Part shown: positions 34,266-41,530 of the stretch, one piece after another
How the letters are laid out: every line of letters starts with the position of its first letter
Position numbering within the stretch: position 1 is the stretch's first letter
Assembly (NCBI GenBank): GCA_021432655.1
Contig: MU271186.1
Location: forward strand, 186,001 to 227,530
Length of the DNA stretch: 41,530 bases
Source: Atractiella rhizophila
Taxonomy: Eukaryota
Direction of reading: 5' to 3'
Program-made: the position numbers and the translations under genes
Notes under the pieces: generated by a model
The model's database searches: none
Told to the model about the DNA's origin: nothing
What the model saw: only the letters and a program-made list of their open reading frames with translations

Positions 34266-35389
34266 ATGTCCACCATATTAAGTAGTCTCTGGCATGGGGC
34301 GAAAGTTTTGTACTATCTGTCATATTCTGACATCAAAACCGTAACACTTCCTGTGCTCGCATTTTCACTCTCCATTGTTCCCTGGTCCGGTTTCATCAGG
34401 ACATTCTTGACAGCTTTCTGGCTTCAAAGCTTGATAGCAGAATGGTGTTTCTCAAATCAAAGTTCCGGTGCGTTAAATCCCAACTGCATGTGCCTGATTC
34501 CAAACTATGTCACAGCAAATGCGTTGGCTGAAGACATCAACAACAAGCCTTATCGACCCATACCGAGCGGGATGATGACCTTAAAAACAGCTCGAAGGAT
34601 TCGATGGTTCATGCCTTTTTTCAACATCATTCAGTCCGCCATTCTCGGAAGCAGAACTACGGTCTACGCTACGATTTCGCTAAGCATCATTCTTTGGATT
34701 CATAACGACCTTGAAGTGAGCAGAAAGTTTTATGCAAAAAATTTTCTTGCTGGCGCTTGCTTTCCTGCGCTTGAAATCGGTTGCATGACTGTAGCCAGTA
34801 CGTTTTCATCAATCTATGATGGTTCGTCCTGACGCATGCGATGACGAAAGCGGCAGGTCAGGCTCTCAATTTCCACCAGATCGTCTCCGTCGTATTCTCC
34901 AGTTCGTCCATTCAGTCTGTCTTGAATCAAACTGAGAATACAACATGGTGCAGCGCTAGTCAACATGCTGACGATGCACGCTCAAGATTTTCCCGACGTC
35001 GTCGGTGACGCAGCGGCAGGACGAAAGACGTTCCCTCTGGTCACACCTTGGGGAGCACGCTTCTTTCTCGTTACTGTCCTCTGTCTTTCTACCGTTGGAT
35101 CCATCTTCATCTCTGCGGTGCACCCAGCCTTGATATGGCTTCAGATTGCCTTCCTTATTGTTACTTGTGGAAGGTACCTCCTCATAAGGAACCAACCTAA
35201 GAGAGAGATGATTTCTTATTGGATATATGATGTGCGTTGATTATTCCACATGTTCACAGCCAGAATTGACGCGAATGGTAATAGTTCTGGCTCGCCTTTT
35301 GCCATGCTTGTCTCTCGAAGTTGAATCCAGCCGTGGTACCAATCACCACTCAAGGATTTGTCCAGGCTGTCCAAGCGCACTGGATATAA
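34266..35389 (+). CDS. UbiA-family membrane prenyltransferase / putative intramembrane terpene cyclase
   Basis: Multiple hydrophobic helices. Motif 1 is SNQSSANALAEDINNKPYRPIPSG (after intron 34468-34515), followed by IHND...KN. Motif 2 is TMHAQDFPDVVGDAAAGRKTFPL. Stop TAA at 35387-35389. Confidence 0.88.
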
Positions 35390-35982
35390 ATCTTTGGCTT
35401 TTTCATTGTGTTACGAGAAAAGGAAACTTCAATTTGTAAAGTGGTAACCCTAGACAAACATGTACATTAATTTCTGCGGATGAAGTTGGACTGCAATTAC
35501 TGGTTACAAAGGAGCTCCGTAGATACTATGAAAGTATTAGATTGTGGCACATGTTTTTGAATCTGTCGGAACGGTAAAACATCCGCAATCTCAGATAACG
35601 CTTCAAACTCCAAGTGCCTGTGAAGCAATCTAACGGCGCCGAACGAGAATCAAGAATGGATATTGGAGCAGAGTCAACTCACCAGGAAGTACTTGCAGAA
35701 CCATCGGAAAGGCCGACTGAATTTTAGCCACATTACAACCAATGTACTCCCGCCATCTAAGTCTCCTCCTGAGTCTTATGTCTTATCGCCATCATCGAAG
35801 AGAAGCTGGAAAAATCAACAATCGTGGGATGTCTGGTCTGCGTCTGCACGGTCGGAAGAAGAGCTTGGGTAAAGGGCTTCGTCATGAGTCTGACTCATAC
35901 CACCTGAGAGTGGGTGCATGAGAGCACCGTGAGCAACTCGCCTCACTGCTTGCGCTGAGCAGACGCAGGATCGACTAGAAGG

Positions 35983-36553
35983 ATGTCAGACCTAGTCGCC
36001 GTTGGTGGTGGGCTGAAGTTTAAAGGGGACGCTGGGTACGCCTTCCCATTTCCTACCACTTTGCTCGCTTTCCCCATTGACTTTGGTATTACAGGAAGAA
36101 GAAAAAGAAGAAGTCGAAAATTCATCAAGAGGCATTATCAAAGGACGATCCTACAGCTGGTAGCAGTTCCCAGGCTTCTTCGTCCAAAGCAAAAGAGGAG
36201 ACAGGATCTGGAGGGGAGCAAGTTGAACCGCATCAGTTTGTACGGATTGGGAAAACCAAGGCGGAGGAGCATTTTGATGAGACTAGGCGGAAGCGGGTGC
36301 GTTTACTTTGTTCTACTTATGAATGGCTATTGGGCAAGTGTGCTCACGAGGCTGCCTTTGGCTCTAGTTGGAGAAGAAGATGAAGAAACAGGCGACGAAG
36401 TCACACAAAGACAGAGTAGCCGAATTTAACGAGAAGTTGGGTAATTTGAGCGAGCATTATGATATTCCTAGGGTGCGTCCTACTCCTGCTCCCTTGCTTC
36501 CTCGTTGTCCGTGAATGCTAAATCTAGGCTCGGAATAGGTTGGACCTGGCTAA
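35983..36553 (+). CDS. FAM32A: FAM32A / DUF1754 spliceosome-associated small protein
   Basis: GGGLKFKGDAG-KKKKKK, KTKAEEHFDETRRKR and [29 protein letters not shown] match the conserved FAM32A blocks. Three introns. Confidence 0.9.
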
Positions 36554-37320
36554 TCCCGTCTTCGCTATGCCATACATTCTCTCGTTCGTGTTTGATGCTT
36601 CAATCGTTCATTTTCAATCCTAATCAACTTTTGCTTCAGCGAGGTTTCCATCAGAATGTCCTCTCACCGACATTGAACACTTACCCAAGCCATCAACTCA
36701 ATTTTATCTGTTCGTTCTAGCAGGTGTTATTCCTTACACTTATGGACTTGTTAAAGCTATCATCTACAGCTGCGATTTGTTCCAGTTCATTTGGAGGGAA
36801 GCATTACCATAATTGCTCGTCGCCAAGGGGACGTAAACTCCAAGCGAAAAGCGATCCAGTCCATGAGCGTATACAAGGAACCCACCAGCCTGGTACAAGG
36901 AAATTTCAATATGCATTGCTATAAGATACTCCCTAGCTCCTCCACAGAGGATGAATCACAATTGATAGGATGGAAAGACGGACAAGTCCATCTAGTGTAC
37001 AAAAAATCCGGCTTCGGATCACTGAGAAGAATCCAACGTCAAAATCAGTCCCAAAAGTGCGAATGAAGCTGTCAAGACTGATGAGGTGATGATACATCGA
37101 GTACGACTCCTATATTGAAATGATTCTGTCGACGCAGCAGCATGAGGTAAGTAAGTTAAGAAAGAAGTTGCTTGTGGACTAATGGAAGCAGTGGTGAAAG
37201 AACGATTGTGAAAGACCCATGCACTCATGAAAGGACGAATCCTAGAAATATGAGTCGGACCAGCCGCCCACCCTCTTCTTTACGCCGCAGTCCCGCCATT
37301 TTGTGGTTACAGACGGGAGC

Positions 37321-38529
37321 CTAGCAAGTGATTCCGTCAATCATAGAGAATCTATTCCTCCTCCCACTCATCAGCGTATTGACCATCCGCTTCGCCGCAA
37401 CCCTTCTCCCTCCGGTCTCCTCACTGGGGCTCTTCAACTCAGCCTCCGCAACCTTTGGGCTCTTCTTCAACGGTCCCTCCTCATCCAAGAGCTGACTTCC
37501 GCTCGAGCTCCTCTCCCTCGTCCTTCTCTTCAGGAACTCGGTCATCCTCTTCTCTCTCAGCCCCGCTCCCGGCGTAGGAGGCACCTCATCCATCTTCCCG
37601 GAAATGGATATGGTGGGCTGAGCCTGAACCGGGCTGGGTTTCTTCTCAGACGATTTTGTGGAGCTCAGATGCGCCGCAATTTGGTCCAAGGAGGGAAGGG
37701 AGGAGAGCGAGCCGCCACCAGTCTGTAGAGATCCCGTGCGTTTGTGTGCTCGCTTAATATTCGTTGGCTCCGGCTCTCGCTGAGGTTTAAGGTTATGGAC
37801 CAGCTGCTGTTGTGCCTTTTTGATGTGTTGTGGCTTCTCGACAGGGGGTAGGCTGTTGATCAACTGAGCCATGATCATATTCTGCTCAACGAGGTAGTTG
37901 TATAGGGGATTGTGGGAGAAGTTTGGCATCGATGGATGTGGCGACACCGCAGAAGTGAAAGCGGTGGGAGAGGTGAGAGAGGAGAAGTTGAATACAGGTG
38001 GAGAGGACGGAGGGGACGCAGGACTAAAAGGATCGGAGAGGGGATGGATATTCAGCGATTGTGTGTGACGATGACCACGGGGTTGAGCTGCTTCGTCCCT
38101 CAGCCAGATGCCCTTGATGGGAAATGAAATGAAATGAAAGGAGGACGAACGATGTGGAACTCCATCCTTCACACGCAAAGAACCAGCGGCCGCAGCCTTG
38201 GCCAGATCGATCCTGCCTCCACCATTGGCGAGAGCTTTTCTCCTCTCCAACTTATCCAGAACCTTGCTCTCAAAGATATTATCCCTCCTCTTCTCCTGCC
38301 TCTCCCTAATTGCGCCAATATTCAACACCGTCTCTTCTGTCCCTTCCATAGCAGGGAAAGTCGCATATTGCGCTCCGTCTTCCTCCTCGTCCTCAGACTC
38401 GCATTGCTCAACAATCACACTGTCTAATATCTGCGTCGGCTTCCTCAAAACAGTAATCCTCGGAGTAGCTCTGGGACGACGAGGGAGCTGGAATGTGGTC
38501 CGAGTGGCGGGTGCTGAGAGAGCGGGCAT
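37321..38529 (-). CDS. Hypothetical low-complexity (Ser/Pro/charged) protein
   Basis: 402-codon ORF with a probable in-frame 63-nt intron (38150-38088, GTTCGT..CAG). Short motifs LPSLDQIAAHL and FLKRRT. No domain recognised. Confidence 0.7.
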   Translation of the reverse strand: MPALSAPATRTTFQLPRRPRATPRITVLRKPTQILDSVIVEQCESEDEEEDGAQYATFPAMEGTEETVLNIGAIRERQEKRRDNIFESKVLDKLERRKALANGGGRIDLAKAAAAGSLRVKDGVPHRSSSFHFISFPIKGIWLRDEAAQPRGHRHTQSLNIHPLSDPFSPASPPSSPPVFNFSSLTSPTAFTSAVSPHPSMPNFSHNPLYNYLVEQNMIMAQLINSLPPVEKPQHIKKAQQQLVHNLKPQREPEPTNIKRAHKRTGSLQTGGGSLSSLPSLDQIAAHLSSTKSSEKKPSPVQAQPTISISGKMDEVPPTPGAGLREKRMTEFLKRRTRERSSSGSQLLDEEGPLKKSPKVAEAELKSPSEETGGRRVAAKRMVNTLMSGRRNRFSMIDGITC

Positions 38530-39183
38530 CCTTGTTGAGTTCTTGGCGTAAAAGAAACAGACAACCAGTGTCTAATTAGCTCAAAGTGAAAGTCTAACAC
38601 CAACACCAAACACCGTTCCAAAGTGCTCAAAGAAAATAAGAGCAAGACGCACGATGGGATAAGAGCCAAAGAGGAAGCTTGTGCAATTCGCAGATGACTA
38701 GATCGAGCCTACACTAAGCTTGCAAATACACTTGCTCTATTCGAAGCTGATAATCCAGAGTTGAGCGGTATGGAGCTGAGATTCTTCGAAGGTGAAAGAA
38801 GGAATGCTCTGGATCACCGTTGTTCCGCCCAAGTTGAAATTAGTGAGTCACATCCAGAACAACGAAGTCAGAATTGCCAAGTGCATCAGGAAGGCTAGGT
38901 AGTGCTCAGTACCCGTATTATGGTATTATGGAGTGCACAATTGGTACAGAAACTAGGTGGGTCGGTTCTGCAGCTTGAGAAGCCATGAGAAAGCTTTCTA
39001 TCTGTGATTATTGTGACTTTGCTGTTTTTGGTCTTCTTCTTTGACCACTCATTTGCTATCAAGACGACTGTGAATGTGGCATCGATTTTGTATGACTTCT
39101 GTTCTACAAGCGCGAGAAGGAAGGAAGCGACTGACAAGCTTTCAGATCACGTGATTTACCGTCCTTCTTCAATATACAGTAAA

Positions 39184-40558
39184 TCAGTCGTTTATGAGTA
39201 TAGAAATATTCCTTTTCTCTCTCAAGGAGCTCCGAAACTGTCTGATACTATCCCAATTTCCAACCATATCCACAACATCAAACCATCCACTTTGAAGCGA
39301 AGGAAATGTGTCCTTGTTTTCAAACAGCCTGGAAACGTTTTCGAGTAACATTTCTTTTCCAGGTGGAGTGACATCCCAAGCTGGGTGCCCGATGAGATAG
39401 AATTGTCGAAGGTTCTGGAAGCTGGCAGCAAGGAGCTCGAGCTCGACGAAACAGTACGAAACATTGCGGATGACGAGCCGTTCAAGTGTTGTCGAGCATG
39501 AAGATGCGTGCACGATCCTCAATACATCCTGAGCTACTGCTTGGTTGTTCCGTGTCCTTGTCAGCCTCTCCTCCTGGTCGTTCAGTGGGAACTCGATGAA
39601 AAGATTCGTCAGCGATGCGCCGAGCTGCGGTATGACCTCTTCCAGAACGGGGATATTGTTGTATATTTGCCTGAGAGTCAAAGATTGCAGTCTCTCTCCC
39701 CGACCCACAAGTTTTCGGATCTGGGTAGGGGATGGAAACCCTGGATCCTCGATCGTTAGTCCCCGAATAGACCAATCGAGGTTTGTCTCCACGCCGTCAG
39801 ATGCTTCGACGGCCAACGGCGGGTCAGTTGACGCTATGAAAGGGGGTGGAGGCTCTTCTGCGTTAAAGAAGCTACTGCAAATCTGTAATTCCCGCATTGA
39901 AGGCAAGGAAGTGGCAATGACGGCGAGGTCTTCAATAGTCCATCGATTCGGAGCGGGGCCTTCTTCCCCATAGGCAGGGAGTTCGTCATTCATACTTTCC
40001 AATACACCTCTCGCTATCCTAATAAGTTCGAGATTCTTTAGCTCTTTCATGGCGTTCAAAACTCGAGATTTGTCGTCCTTGACGATGATGGGGAGGTCGA
40101 GGAATCTGAGAGACTTGCAAGCAGATATGATCCTGAACCCGTACTCCGATACGCTTTCTGATGAACCTCCAGCCTGGTTCTTGAGGATCATGCACCAGTT
40201 TCCCAGACGATCTAGGTTCTTGACACAGTTACCGAGTCCTGGGTTCCCTTCCAGGGCTTCGAGTAGGATCATTGCTTTCCTTCGGCCGTTGAAGATCAGG
40301 ATGGGGTCTGGAGTGTTGTACAATGCTCGCTGTGCCGACGCCGTCCATCTGCGAGTAACGAGTGCGAAGGAGCGCAGGGACGCAATCGGGGGTGGCTCAT
40401 AATGCGTTCTCGAGCGATTGGCGGAGGCGAGGAAGTAGAGGATGATATCTAACGCTTCCTCAGACAGGAATAAAGCTGGACAACGAGGACCTATAGTCTC
40501 TGTCAGATTCCAAGCAGCTTGAAGGCGATGTTGGCATATTACTGTTCCTAGTTTGCAT
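39184..40558 (-). CDS. F-box-like / leucine-rich-repeat (RNI-like) protein
   Basis: The frame extends upstream of the 379-aa ORF to give LFLSEEALDIILYFL...LRSFALVTRRWTASAQRALY (F-box-like), followed by LxxLxL repeats (LRFLDL, LKNLELIRI, LQSLTL, LTNLFI, LERLVI, LRQFYL). The start at 40558 requires one short intron. Confidence 0.7.
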
Positions 40559-40633
40559 CTTGAGACAAGCAGTTAGCTTTCTGTGCCGTTGTCATGATCG
40601 TAGTCTATGTCCGCGTCCGTACGCTTCACCTCT

Positions 40634-40641
40634 TGACGTCA
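40634..40641. promoter_or_regulatory. CRE/ATF-type palindrome TGACGTCA in a short divergent promoter
   Basis: Exact TGACGTCA between the inferred ATGs at 40558 (-) and 40676 (+). Confidence 0.35.
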
Positions 40642-40675
40642 TAACACTTGTTGAGATCAACCACCAGCGGTTAAG

Positions 40676-41530
40676 ATGCTTCAGGGCACTTGTAGAGGAG
40701 CTTGCCTATGCGGTAAGGTAACTTACACTATCCCAATACCTTCCACCAACGAAAAGATTGAAGCCTGGTCATGTCTGTGCGACTACTGCCGCGTTTCATC
40801 TGGGACATTCTTCCAGACTTTCCTTGCCGTCCTCCGACCCGAGTTGAAGGTCACCTCACATCCTGAACTCGTCACGGAGATCTCTCTCATGCCAGGGAGG
40901 ACGAGGTCGTTCTGCTCCGTTTGTAGCACGCCTTTGTTTTGGAGCAGAGAAGGTAGCGAGTGGATTCAAGCCACCGTAGCAACGTTGGACAAGGAGGACG
41001 TCGTGCGCTATGTGAGGTCGCTAGATTACATCTGCAACGCCGGTGCAACCTGTGATGGGCTTGGTGGGATGGTCGATCTTACTCGCTGGCAGCTCAAGGA
41101 GGGCCAGCAGATCACAGCTGGGAATAAAGGTCCAGCCATGGATCTGAGCGAAGCCAAAAAGAAAGACGGAAGGGAAATACTTCCTTCTCTCCCTGAAGAG
41201 ATTATGGGCGCTTGCGCTTGCGAAAACGTTCAATATCACGTCAAAACACCTACCGAGGCAGCTCTGAAGGCTTTGGTGGACGATAAACAGACAGGATGGA
41301 CCGAAGAGAAGTGGAGAGAACGCTGCGGAATTGAGAAGGATGCGCAGAGAGGATGGAAGTATCGCGCGTCTTCGTGTCACTGTGACAGCTGTATGTTTCT
41401 TCTTGCTTCTAAGGAATAGTAATAACATGGGTAGAAAGGTGTTCGATGGACGGGTTCGACGGCAGGAGTTTGTATGGCGACTATTCCTCTACCTTTCTTC
41501 AACCTTACGGTCGCTTCCCAACCATCCCCC
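40676..41530 (+). CDS. Tandem GFA/CENP-V (Mss4-like) zinc-binding protein, 3' truncated
   Basis: Domain 1: GACLCG...CLCDYCR...RSFCSVCSTPLFW. Domain 2: GACACENVQY...SCHCDSC-RR, across an intron at ~41391-41434. Continues past the window end. Confidence 0.85.

Noticed and set aside
36720..37066. Short ORFs downstream of FAM32A
   Set aside because: No consistent gene model or domain; probably UTR or intergenic.
37085..37146. GTGATGA box-C-like motif suggesting a C/D snoRNA
   Set aside because: No properly placed CTGA box D, no terminal stem and no recognisable rRNA guide.
37290..37320. Small hairpin just after the stop of the hypothetical gene
   Set aside because: Short, imperfect stem without riboswitch or SECIS features.
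4141..38150. Several stop-free 3n introns (4141-4197, 12281-12334, 28325-28375, 28716-28766, 34468-34515, 38088-38150) as evidence of a special splicing or NMD regime
   Set aside because: With dozens of ~50-nt introns in the window this number is plausible by chance. Only the one inside the UbiA motif is kept as a finding.

Overview
Gene-dense, intron-rich eukaryotic DNA with short (~45-75 nt) spliceosomal introns. The gene content points to a basidiomycete fungus (inference). About 17 loci can be reconstructed by hand-splicing. The left half is mostly housekeeping: an SLD2-like replication regulator (truncated), a DUF1399 glycine-rich-domain protein, an arrestin-fold protein with a long C-terminal extension, a METTL14/KAR4 m6A-writer subunit, RAD2/XPG, a DDT/WHIM ISWI-partner-like protein and NudE. 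Positions 22.6-35.4 kb form an accessory block: three paralogous GT1 UDP-glycosyltransferases (+,-,+), a GTPase-less HBS1/SKI7-like fragment, a cytochrome P450, and a UbiA-family membrane enzyme with the motifs of fungal intramembrane terpene cyclases. This block is the best candidate for an undescribed system, a non-canonical terpenoid-glycoside gene cluster. The right end holds FAM32A, a hypothetical protein, an F-box/LRR-like protein and a tandem GFA/Mss4-like protein (truncated). No rRNA, tRNA, CRISPR array or intact mobile element was recognised. Exon boundaries were inferred by eye from splice signals and frame continuity, without RNA evidence or database searches.
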